From positions 148,986,001 to 149,050,000 of the forward strand of contig OZ024740.1 of assembly GCA_964016885.1 (NCBI GenBank): a DNA stretch of 64,000 bases, in the 5' to 3' direction. This document shows, in pieces, positions 45,157 through 56,996 of the stretch; position 1 is the stretch's first letter; the number at the start of each line of letters is the position of its first letter. Made by a program: the position numbers and the translations under genes. This DNA is from Eledone cirrhosa (lineage: Eukaryota). Under the pieces are notes generated by a model that worked only from the letters and a program-made list of their open reading frames with translations, searched no databases and had not been told where the DNA came from.

Positions 45157-45432
45157 GTTTTATTCTGAACGGCATTATCAATGTCAATATGTCAACTATT
45201 GAAAAAAGATTTGGATTAACCAGTAGCCAAGCTGGTTGGATAGCCAGTGTCCATGACATTACTGCTGCCCCTGTCGCACTTTTTGTAAGCTTCATTGGTG
45301 CAGTCGGCTATAAAATGCGTTGGATTGGATTCGGTTTATTCTGCCTAAGCGTTGGTTCATTTATCATAATAGTACCTCACTTTGCTGCTGGCGAATACAA
45401 ATGGCAACATAACTTCACCGGACTCTGCTCAA
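45157..45432 (+). CDS. SLCO: SLCO/OATP coding exon 2
   Basis: TTTTCAG acceptor; [36 protein letters not shown]-like [13 protein letters not shown], the OATP N-terminal signature; GTATGT donor; phase 1/1. Confidence 0.95.
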
Positions 45433-45486
45433 GTATGTTGTAAACGTTTACTCAGAATGTATATGTGAGTGTGCGTTCGTGTGTAA

Positions 45487-45577
<91 letters not shown>

Positions 45578-45738
45578 TGGTGTGGGTGTGTGTGTGTTTA
45601 TATATATATATATATATCATCATTCATTTAGTACTTCATCATGTTATTCTTAATATATATATATACACTTCACATTAGCATCGAATGCTAATATTAGTAC
45701 CCACTACAGTAAACTACAAAACTACTGAATAACCTAAG

Positions 45739-45877
<139 letters not shown>

Positions 45878-46971
45878 GCACGAACACGTTAATTTTCCGA
45901 GAAGTAATTTGTAAATAATTTGTAAATATAGAATAAAAAGAAAGCTAAAGATTTTAATTAACATATTAAAGAAGTGTTGTTTGAAAGATGGTAACAGGCG
46001 TAATATTAAAAATAGAGAAGTAAAAAATAGTTGAAAAAAATGATGGGGGAAAAAATGAATTCTGAATCCAACCGTCCCTACAGCATATTTAGTAAATGAT
46101 TCAGATATATTAACTAAATAAATTTTTCCGGTGCAAACGAACATTGGTTTCAGAGGATTCTTTTTTTCTGATCATGCTTAAATATACTAAATGAACTAAA
46201 TGGACTAATGCTCATATTATATTCTCAATATATATCAGTGCATATATGTAAAAAAAAAATATTAGATCTATTATCTTCTTTACAGGCAATACCTCAAAAT
46301 AGTTTTATCTAAATTCGTGACAAACGGTACAAAATATAGTGTGATGAGGCTATGTGTTTATTTTCAGCCTATACGTTCTGTTTCCGTTGATATGAGGGAA
46401 CCGTTATATTATCGTCTTTTATGTTTATTTGTAGTAAATGAAGCTGCTTCTGCAGTATGTGACGTTCCTATTGCTGTAGCTGCTTTTGTTGCTGCGGCTC
46501 TTGTAATTGCAGCAGTTATGGTGTTAATGACATTGTAACCAGGGCGCTCGACTCTTGTGGACGAAAATGACAAAATTCAGAACACGTTTATACTTACCCT
46601 GTTACTTGACTAGAACTTTATATTATCAAACCGAAAAGGATGAATGGCAAATTTGAACTTATAACGTGAAATGTAAAAACTAAATAATACAGGCATTTTA
46701 TTCGACTCTCTTTCGATTCTGCAAATCTAACATTTTGCCCTCTAACATTTTCTGAAATAAGCAGAAAATCATATATTTTTGGAAAGAAGTAATTTTGATT
46801 ACATTTACCTAATTCTTACTTACTGCTAAATCATTTTCAGAATTAAAAAAAGAATTAAATAAATACTTCAAGGTATTTTGTCCGACGCTCTATGATATTT
46901 TAAATACAAATAAGAAATTTTATACACGCTTATACACACATACGCACCTACGCGTACACACGCGCATATAC

Positions 46972-47027
<56 letters not shown>

Positions 47028-47247
47028 GAATGAATATATATATACATGAATGTATGTATATATATTTTTGGTTATAATTATGTATATATAGATGTATATA
47101 TATATATATATATGTGTGTGTGTATATTCATAAATGGGAGATGTTAGCAATATAAATTCAGAACAATTAATGACATAATATCATCATTATAACTCATCTC
47201 ATTTTTTCATTTTTGTAATTCCCAATGGTTTTCTATATCATATCTAG

Positions 47248-47412
47248 ATAAAACACACCCGTCTACAACATCTGGTACAAGTACATCACACCTCCTTTAT
47301 GTGTTTCTCTTGGGTCGGCTTATACATGGAATAGCGTGTTCTATTTTACATACGCTAGGGATTTCGTGTGTTGATGATTGCGTTGATCCAAAGAATGCAC
47401 CGATGTACATGG
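47248..47412 (+). CDS. SLCO: SLCO/OATP coding exon 3 (not in the ORF track)
   Basis: TAG acceptor; LLYVFLLGRLIHGIACSILHTLGISCVDDCVDPKNAPMYMG; G|GTAAGT donor; phase 1/1. Confidence 0.93.
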
Positions 47413-47505
47413 GTAAGTAAACTATAAATTCATCGATAATACATGCATATATCTCTCTAACTAGCTAGCTAGCTTTCCCACACCTCTATCTTTCTCACAC
47501 ACTGA

Positions 47506-47593
<88 letters not shown>

Positions 47594-47759
47594 ATTTGGT
47601 TGTGCGTCTGTGTGTGCGCGCGTGTGTATGGGTGTGTGTGTTAGCAGTAGCACTAACAGAGCTGAATTCAGAATGGAAGCATATATACATTAACCTATGT
47701 GTAATAACCATATATCTGTACGTATTGTAAGGCTAGGTCATTTCATAACTACATCAGTG

Positions 47760-48720
47760 CCCATGCGGGATACCAAATATCTGTATTTCAGAGTCGTTAA
47801 TCCATCTTCAGTGAGGTTTCCTGACTTGGTAGTGAGATATAGAACCTAACGCTTCTTAGATAAAAGTTTTCAAATAATACATATTTGCTGGCGTTCATTT
47901 GCTTATAATGCTTGAAAAGCAAGTTTAGCGGTAGCACTAACAATGTGCTGTTATGTATAGAGCGGTTCCTTCATGGCTACTAAATTAGATGTAATGTTTT
48001 TTTTCTTTTTTATACAAGAACCCACTGCATATACTTATTTATATGCCCCCATCTCTTCCTCGGTGCACATATATATAATCAGTTATACAAGTGCCATATG
48101 CAGATACTTAAGTTTCGTATGCCTCTTGCCAGGATGCCTGATGGTCGTTTCGCGGTTCAGCAAACGCCTTTTGAAACGGTTCTTTGACATACATACATAT
48201 GTCTAGGACTTTGTTTGATGATACTGGTTGGAGGAGGTCACTTCTGCTTCATATATTACCGCCGGAGGTCGAGGGACATGCTTCTGGCCTTCTGCGGGAG
48301 CATTTGGAAGGTGGAAGGCTCTTGTGTTTATTAGTGATGCAGGATTTCATGTGTCTAGTAAATGAGTAGCATATTTTCACTGTGTGGCTGTTAAAGATCT
48401 GCCAGTATTCCTCGCCTAAACGGATGTGTGAATGTAAAAGTGCTAAGAATATTTTACCCGCGTTAGTCCTAACGTTAAGCGCAAATAGTGGCGTGACACA
48501 CACGATGGCCTTTTGCCTAGATTTTTCTGGCTATATATAGAGTGGTGATCTGGAGAATGAGAGATATTGTTGGAGACGTCGCTAATGCTTATGGCTTCGA
48601 TGTAGTAGTGGGCCCTCCTATCGACGATAGCTTTGCTAGAAGAGAGGTTAGTTATCCTCTTGCTGATATTAATGAGATATTAATGTGAATTTTGTTTACC
48701 CAAGAGGCCTCTTTATTAAA
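47760..48720 (-). mobile_element. Degenerate Neptune-type PLE 3' fragment
   Basis: PLFALNVRTNAGKIFL..QIFNSHTVKICYS resembles the WYNP..KILNPTTIRLSYS region of the 54-59 kb elements. Decayed CTGAAGA..GAAA at ~47770-47815. Confidence 0.65.
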
Positions 48721-49247
48721 ATGAAGGATACTGGAAAAAATGCACCCAATAGTAATGGAACGAAAAGTTGCTATTTATGTACTACGGAAAAATGGGATAT
48801 ACTTTCACAACTCTCTTCTAAAAAACTGCCTAAACACACGGCTGGAATTTTCAATCGATATCCTTATGAATCTAGGTACTTTCTGGCGAGATGGTATAGG
48901 CTGGACTAACATTTTCTGGACATAATGAACATAACTAACACCTGTAACTTCCATACAAGTTACTTGCTTTTTTTGTTTGTTAGAATTATTTAATTGACAT
49001 ATATGAGGTTTAACCATGATTTAATTTTAATTAATTAAGGTATTGTAAAGTTCTCTACCCTTAGAACTCTCCTATACAATCAAGAATTTCCTCGGAAGAA
49101 ATCGATCCCAGTGTGGCAGACTGCATCAGTTAGTGTACCATCCAATGAAAATTAAGTATCTGTGTTTGCCACTGCTGTAAAGGTTTATACGTAACACGCC
49201 CCACGGACTGAGTGATCTAATCTCTTGGATATCTATAGCAAGTGTGT

Positions 49248-49320
<73 letters not shown>

Positions 49321-49332
49321 TATATATATAAT

Positions 49333-49625
49333 ATAAACGTTTGGAGTTGTAAGGCCAAGACAATGCAGGTATGGATATAGAATATAAATGCAAATGCAAA
49401 AGATATTGTTGACAATTAGTCTTTTACCTTAAATTTATTTAAATATCCGAAGAAGAGATATTATCTCGAAAATTAAGGATATTTAAATAAATTTAAGGTA
49501 AAAGACTAATTGTCAACAATATCTTTTGCATATTCTATATCCATACCTGCATTGTCTTGGCCTTGCAACTCCAAACGTTTATACCTCATTACACAATGCT
49601 TCAAGTGAACTACAACTTCCTCCTT
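49333..49625 (+). repeat. (TA)n-flanked palindrome whose centre is a truncated hammerhead
   Basis: Arms ~49333-49448 and 49477-49582. The centre is ATATCC-GAAGAA-GAGAT-ATT-ATCTC-GAAAATTA-AGGATAT. Confidence 0.8.
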
Positions 49626-49627
49626 AT

Positions 49628-49686
<59 letters not shown>

Positions 49687-49727
49687 CGCGTGTGTGTGTA
49701 CATTACATATATATGTATGTGTGTGTC

Positions 49728-49788
<61 letters not shown>

Positions 49789-49839
49789 GTATGCATGTAT
49801 GTATGTATAAGAAAGATATGTATTATTAGATAAATGACT

Positions 49840-49985
49840 CAGTCAGAAAAGTATTATTAACATCTTTATGGTCTGAGTTCAAATCCCGCCGAGGTTAACT
49901 TTGCCTTTCATCCTTACGGGGTCGATAAAATAAAGTACCAGTAATGTACTGGATAATTGCTGGCCTTGTGCCTAAAATAGCAACA
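49840..49985 (+). mobile_element. 5'-truncated Nin-core SINE with 18-bp TSD
   Basis: Matches the 11400 SINE. TSD ATTATTAGATAAATGACT at 49822-49839 and 49986-50003. Confidence 0.85.
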
Positions 49986-50141
49986 ATTATTAGATAAATG
50001 ACTGGCATGTCCATTATCCAACTTAGTATTCATTACTCTATTGAAAGTAGAGTAATATTATTTTTCGCCGATAAGTGAATTTATAATACAATCTTAATTT
50101 TGCGAATTCTGTTTTAAAATATGGATATATTTCTTCCCTAG

Positions 50142-50238
50142 GTATCATGCTCTGCTTTGGAACATTAGGTCCAGCGTTTGGTTTTCTAATTGGGGGAGAA
50201 TTCCTGAAGATCTTCGTCAATATAAATGCTTCTGAAAT
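50142..50238 (+). CDS. SLCO: SLCO/OATP coding exon 4 (not in the ORF track)
   Basis: TTCTTCCCTAG acceptor; GIMLCFGTLGPAFGFLIGGEFLKIFVN; AT|GTATGT donor, phase 2. Confidence 0.92.
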
Positions 50239-50741
50239 GTATGTAAAATGAATCGGCTCTTCTAGAATCAAAACAAGAGCTTTTCTTCAGAACATAACGT
50301 TGCGTAACACATTACCTTGACAACATTGATTTTTTTCCATAGAAGGATTCACCAATTATTTTAAAGATAATGATCTGTCTGCTTAAGATTTCGCAAAGCA
50401 CTTCTTTCATAGCTAGACAGCTGAGCCTCGTTTTACTTGATAAGAAAATACAATCCTTATAGATGAATAAACATATTCGTAAATGACAATTTCTTTTCAT
50501 ACATTTGCACATGTTCCCTATTAGGAATAACATAATTACAGTTATAAGGGACATGTATATAATAGTTCACATAAACATAAAGGTACACAATCTCTTTCTT
50601 GCTATTCAACAAATACAAACTATAAATATATGTATATAAATACATTGATATATATACACATGACAAGTATATATTTACGTACATATATACACATACGCAC
50701 ACACTCACACTTACAAAGGCCTTTCACTTTCTGACTCTCCG

Positions 50742-50800
<59 letters not shown>

Positions 50801-50820
50801 TTCTCTCTCTCTCTCTCTCG

Positions 50821-50850
<30 letters not shown>

Positions 50851-50852
<2 letters not shown>

Positions 50853-51026
50853 CGTAGGAAATGTGGTAAGGAACCAGGTGGACCATAACGCACCAAAGTA
50901 CTCAATACTTGGGGTAGGAACCAGTAAGACCCCGACAGCTGAGCTCAAGCCGTTTCGACGGCTAATTCTGGACTAAGAATTAGCCGTCGAAACGGCTTGA
51001 GCTCAGCTGTCGGGGTCTAACTGGTT

Positions 51027-51030
<4 letters not shown>
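50851..51030. repeat. HHR-half family copy with terminal hairpin
   Basis: Arms 50914-50969 and 50976-51030, with (TA)n on both sides. Confidence 0.85.
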
Positions 51031-51100
<70 letters not shown>

Positions 51101-51407
51101 CATACAAAAAAAAATATATATATGCATGTATACATATTTTATGTCATCAAACTGTTTAATCAATAGGTGCATAGGTGGATATGGTAGTATTTGCAGCTCT
51201 CCTATTAATAAATAATGGTGCAGGCAGACAAAGCACTTCACGTCGTATACATGTTTCCAATCGTAATCTGATATCACTTCGGTAGAATGCAATGGAATAT
51301 ATCTATAAAGATAATGGACACGAAGACAATTTTTCCATAATTCACTTTATTTGAAATTAGCAAATAAACCGAATTATGAAAATGTGTCTTCATATTCATT
51401 ATATGTA

Positions 51408-51484
<77 letters not shown>

Positions 51485-51686
51485 AGGAAAATGAAACGAA
51501 ATTTCATTTCCCACTCTTAGTACGGCTGTTACTTATATACATACATGCACACATATATATATATATGTACGTATGGATTCACCGAACATTTATTATAATG
51601 CTCGGTGTGTTTGTAAACAAACATCCCGTATTAAGCCGTAGTGTCTAGCAACCATCGTTGCTCGTTTGTTCAACACTGAAAAAGGA

Positions 51687-51729
51687 ACGCTGTACTAGTT
51701 TCAAGCTTATTAGCTATCGTCAACAACGT
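51687..51729 (-). ncRNA. Minimal hammerhead, C3U variant (TTGACGA core)
   Basis: Reverse-complement twin of 51937-51979. Confidence 0.6.
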
Positions 51730-51936
51730 ATACCCTCCTGCCAGATGATTGAACGTCTGAAAGTATATACTTTCCATATGCATATTAACGGCTGGGCAGC
51801 CTAATTTGCATATCGAGTGGGTTAATCGGCCGGGTGCACCGAAAACGATAAACGGAAAAAATGAAACGAAATGAAACGTTAATATACATAAGGAAAGTAT
51901 ATACTTTCAGACGTTCAATCATCTGCAGGAGGGTAT

Positions 51937-51979
51937 ACGTTGCTGAAGATAGCTAATAAGCTTGAAACTAGTACAGCGT
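51937..51979 (+). ncRNA. Minimal type I hammerhead ribozyme
   Basis: ACGTTG-CTGAAGA-T-AGCT-AATA-AGCT-T-GAA-ACTAGT-A-CAGCGT: 6-bp stem I, palindromic stem III, GUA triplet. Confidence 0.85.
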
Positions 51980-52182
51980 TCCTTTGTCAGTGTTGAACAA
52001 ACGAGCAACGATGGTTGCTAGACACTACGGCTTAATACGGGATGTTTGTTAACAAACACACCGAGCATTATAATAAATGTTCGGTGAATCCATACGTAGA
52101 TATATATATGTGTACATGTATGTATATATATATATACATACTACTGTACGTCTGTATACATATATGTATGTACGTATACATA

Positions 52183-52347
<165 letters not shown>

Positions 52348-52587
52348 TTATATGTATATGTATGTATATATATATATTTATATGTATATGTATATATATA
52401 TGTATATATATATGTATATGGGTGGAGGGTGTTAAGTATTTCCATAGAAAAGATTAAAAAAAGAAGAGTGCTCTATGTATAGTACAGAGCTATTTAATTA
52501 TATGATAAACAATACAATATAATTATTCCATTAACAAAGGTTTAAAGAAACTAGACGATACTTACAGAAACGTCCAGCCCCTTCATC

Positions 52588-52621
<34 letters not shown>

Positions 52622-52640
52622 GATGAACGGGCTGGACGTT

Positions 52641-52670
<30 letters not shown>

Positions 52671-52671
<1 letters not shown>

Positions 52672-52858
52672 AACGAAGGAAATGTGGTAAGGAACCAGGT
52701 GGACCATAACGCACCAAAGTACTCAATACTTAGGGTAGTAGAGTGGGTAATAGGAACGAGTAGGACCCCGACGGCTGAGCTGAAGCCGTTGCGACGGCTA
52801 ATTCTGGACTGAATTAGCCGTCGAAACGTCTTGAGCTCAGCCGTCGGAGTCCTACTCG

Positions 52859-52862
<4 letters not shown>
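52671..52862. repeat. HHR-half family copy with terminal hairpin
   Basis: Same family as 50851-51030. Confidence 0.85.
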
Positions 52863-52913
<51 letters not shown>

Positions 52914-53119
52914 TGAGAAAAACCACAGTCCCTCCATCTCAACTCTACCTTTGAAAAGCAGAAGAACTGCGAAACCGGTAAAGGAACCAAATAAATATAT
53001 ATATATATATTTTTTTTTTAAATGACTCCAGTTGCATTTTCGATTTCATCTCTTTTTCTTTATACTTTCACTCGTTTAGGACACCTCGGTTATTTTTCTA
53101 TTTGTAAAAAAAACCTCAC

Positions 53120-53219
<100 letters not shown>

Positions 53220-53237
53220 TTATTTATATATATACAA

Positions 53238-54044
53238 TATTTTCCGTTGTGTTGTAATATAAATATTACACACAGTAGATTGACAGCTCACGTAGAGTTT
53301 GCTCGACGGTTCCAGTTGTAGTTCCAAAAGTAATCCGGAGAAAAATAGAAATATTTGAATGGATACAGTTTAGTTGAAAGGAATTTATTGACACGTGTTT
53401 CTATAACAGTTACATAACCTGAAAACAGCTGCTATCTACAAAGTTTTAGTTATGCAGACATTCAATATTTCAATGTTATTATTTACTGTCATTTCATCAG
53501 AATAATATTACTGAGGACCCATTTGGTTTTTATAGAGAATATTAAGAGGGAGGGGTGAAGTTGTTAGAAGAATAGTTGAGGGAGTGGTTTTTTGATAGCA
53601 GTGAGAATTTTTGGTGGCAGTGAGTAATTAGATTCCCATCTGTTGTTTTGACATTTTTATAGAATATATTATTGGTTATTTTTCTAAATCTATAGAAGGA
53701 TTAGAGATAGTAAAGATATGCGTGGTTGGTTTTGTGTTTGCACTTAATTAACATTCAGACTTAAATTTTTCTTTCATGTGTACGTATCCTTTCACCCACG
53801 CATTCACACACAAATATATTTGCACACCTCTACAAAATACATATACTCACATTCACATATTCATACTTACATACATATACACATGCATACATATATGTAT
53901 ACACACATGTATTCATGTACATACATACGCGTTCATGTGTATGCATTTTCATACTCAACTTATCTTTATATACACACGTATAGACACACACATATATACA
54001 TACATACTCTAGTCTATGTGTACACATATACATATACATACACA

Positions 54045-54080
<36 letters not shown>

Positions 54081-54081
54081 C

Positions 54082-54172
<91 letters not shown>

Positions 54173-56996
54173 CACTTTAATACATGAATACACTTACATC
54201 TAACTATACACATCAAACATATATATATATTTACCTATTTATATACATTTTCACATATATATACATACTTATGGACGTTTTTAGACACATTCATTATCGC
54301 ATATTTGCACCTATTCTCATCAGCATATCTTTCCATTATTAGTGTGGTAATTTAAGGTTATTAATATATGTTGAGAAGAGATTGTTTTTATATTTTTCTA
54401 ACTAGATTGAGGTTTATATAGTTGGGGGGATGTCCCTCTTTTATGTAATATTCGGCTTGTAGTGGGTAAAAAGGGTTTTAGTTCTGTGACGGCAGAATAA
54501 TGTTCGTTCAATTCTGTTATTCAGCAATTTCTTCTTGTGTGTGATTATGTAATAAATCTCAAGATTACACAATTTGCAGAAATTTTGGCTCCTGGAAAAG
54601 CTTTGGGTTTTAGCTAATTACTCCCATCTTAGGGTAAACTTTTGATCGCTATCTCTGAGCGTCCAAGCTTTTTCTGCTAAAGTTGTTACATTTCTTTGGC
54701 TCTGGTGTTTTATTGAGTAAGAATGCCTATATAATCGAGATTTAAACGATGTTGCCGTTGATCCCACATAATACCACTCGTTGCCTCCGGATTTAATGGT
54801 ACACTTATAAATAATATTTTTTTCCAGGCAGTTATTGCCGAGGGGGCAGTTGTCAGGATAGGTGCAGTTACAGTTGTGTACGTTGGGTTTTCTCTGGAGT
54901 AGTATTGCGGACGAACTTAGGTGTGGTTTATTTGTTCTGTAGTGTATTGTCTACTGTTTTTTTTTGTGTTCTTTGTACTTAAGTTCTTAGTGTTTTCGTT
55001 TAACCTTCTAGTATTGATCTTTTTTATGTGTTGTTCAAGGTTTAACGCTGTAGAGTATGACAGTCTTATAGTGGTAGGGTTTAGGATTTTGTGGTATTTG
55101 TGTGATGTAGGAAAATGTCTCTTAATTATTTTAAAGAAGAGTACTGGTAAATTTGTACTAATGGAATTATTGTATTCGGGGTTATACCATAAGTACTCTT
55201 TGCATCGCTTTCTATTAGTTTTGTTTGTTGGTTTACTGGTGTGCATACTATGGTAGTAAGTGTGGTTTGGTATTGTGTTATTATATCTACCTATGTGGGA
55301 TTTATTTTGGGTGTTTTGATTGTTCCCATCTATATACTCTATTTTGTTGAGGTAGCCTGCTTTACTAAGGGCGTTATCGTAGTACTCGGCGTGTTCCTTA
55401 AATACTTGTATGTTAGAAGATAGACCCGAGATTCTAAGGGAAATATTTTTAGGGATAGATTTAATTATAGAGATGGGGTGGTTAGACCCAACATTTACGT
55501 ATTTGAGATTTTCATTCAATTTATGAAACGGTTTAATCAAACCAGAGTTTAAATTGAATGTGACATCCAGGAAGTTAACTACTTTAAGGTTGTATTCATA
55601 TGTTATAGTTAGTCCTATTTCAAGTAGTAGTTTTCTTATATCTTTGCGTAGTTTTTCTAGTTTTTGGTTATTTAGATTTTTAACTAGGAGGAGAACATCG
55701 TCGCGGTATATTCCGCCGTGGAGATTGCTGGATTTTTCCTGGAGTCTAAAGGCGATAAATAACCCCACAATATCAGTTATTTCCGCCGAATCGTTAGAGC
55801 CCATTGTTATGTCAAAGTTAGAGGGTCTATCTTTACGTACCCAATAACTGTTCTCAAATTTGACTATAATTTTCCTAGCTTCTAATATAATCTTAATTTC
55901 ATCGTTTGTAAGGTCAGAGTTATCCTTAGCAAACTTAATGGCTCTATTCAAAGTTTCAGGTGATATCGATGAGTAATATTCATCGATATCAAACTGGATA
56001 AACTTAGATTTATTCTTATTGCTAATGCTATTAAACCATCTTATTGCTTCTTGGGTCTTCCCCCAGAGTTTAATGTTAACCTTAGCCTTAATTTGGGGGA
56101 TGATTCTATCTAAGATATATTTGCTTATTTTACCTATATCTGATTTAGAGGGGCAGATTAATCTAATTTTAGGGTCATTATCAAAGTTTACCTTATGGTC
56201 CTTAAGATTGAAGGTGGGTACCGCCGGTAAGAGTGGTCCTGTCCTATCTTCGATTCCGAGATTTTTCACTATTTCGCATGCCTCATCATTGATGTACTTA
56301 AGAGTTACTTCATTCGTTTTTCTATATTTTTTATGTAATTCTTTTCGAATGAAGTTGTTGTATGTAGTGCAATCCATAGTATACAGGTTTGATGTTTTGT
56401 CCGGTTTTACTACAATTCCTTTGGTGTTTTTAAGGTCGTCCAGTAGTTTTTTTTATATCTTTCTGTAATTTGCTGTTGGTGTTGCGTCCTTTGAATTTAA
56501 TTTTAAGGATTAAGTTCATAAGGTCCTGCTCAAATGCATCTAATAGTGGGTTGGTGGGTGGGTTTTTACAAGTCCTAAAACCGAATTTGTTGTTTACACC
56601 ACTTTCCAATGTTGAGTTCATACGGCTTCTATCATATGGAGCGTTTTCCACCTGACACGTCGAATGAATTCATTAGTTTTTTGAATCATACTCAATAAAT
56701 ATTCCTTTCTACCTTGGGTTGGTATGTTTTTGAGTGACATATCCAGGTAGTGTTTTTCCATTGTTGTGGTTGCGTTTGCTGTGTGGGTTGCTCGACTTTA
56801 CAGGAGGTAAATATACAGTATTTTCCGTTGTGTTGTAATATAAATATTACACACAGTAGATTGACAGCTCACGTAGAGTTTGCTCGACGGTTCCAGTTGT
56901 AGTTCCAAAAGTAATCCGGAGAAAAATAGAAAGATTTGATTGGATACAGTTTAGTTGAAAGGAATTTATTGACACGTGTTTCTATAACAGTTACAT
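53238..56996 (-). mobile_element. Neptune-type PLE, full length with terminal direct repeats (pseudo-LTRs); disrupted ORF 56761-54441
   Basis: SLKNIP..EFIRRVRWK, VVKPDKT, LKDHK..RLICPSKSDIG, QFDIDEYYSSIS, TMGSNDSAE, GIYRDD, CNC..CPLGNNC linker, IIYKC..YVGST (GIY-YIG). 53238-53415 repeats at 56819-56996. Confidence 0.93.
53385..53505 (-). ncRNA. Hammerhead in the Neptune terminal repeat
   Basis: TTATT-CTGATGA-a-ATGACAGT...ACTGTTAT-a-GAA-ACACGTGT-C-AATAA. Confidence 0.7.

Larger units (their letters stand above)
51481..52098. mobile_element. (TA)n-flanked non-autonomous element with inverted duplication and a minimal hammerhead in each arm
   Basis: Arms 51568-51775 and 51892-52098. Short direct repeat AAAC(A)GGAAAA..TGAAACGAAAT at 51481 and 51851. 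Confidence 0.85.
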
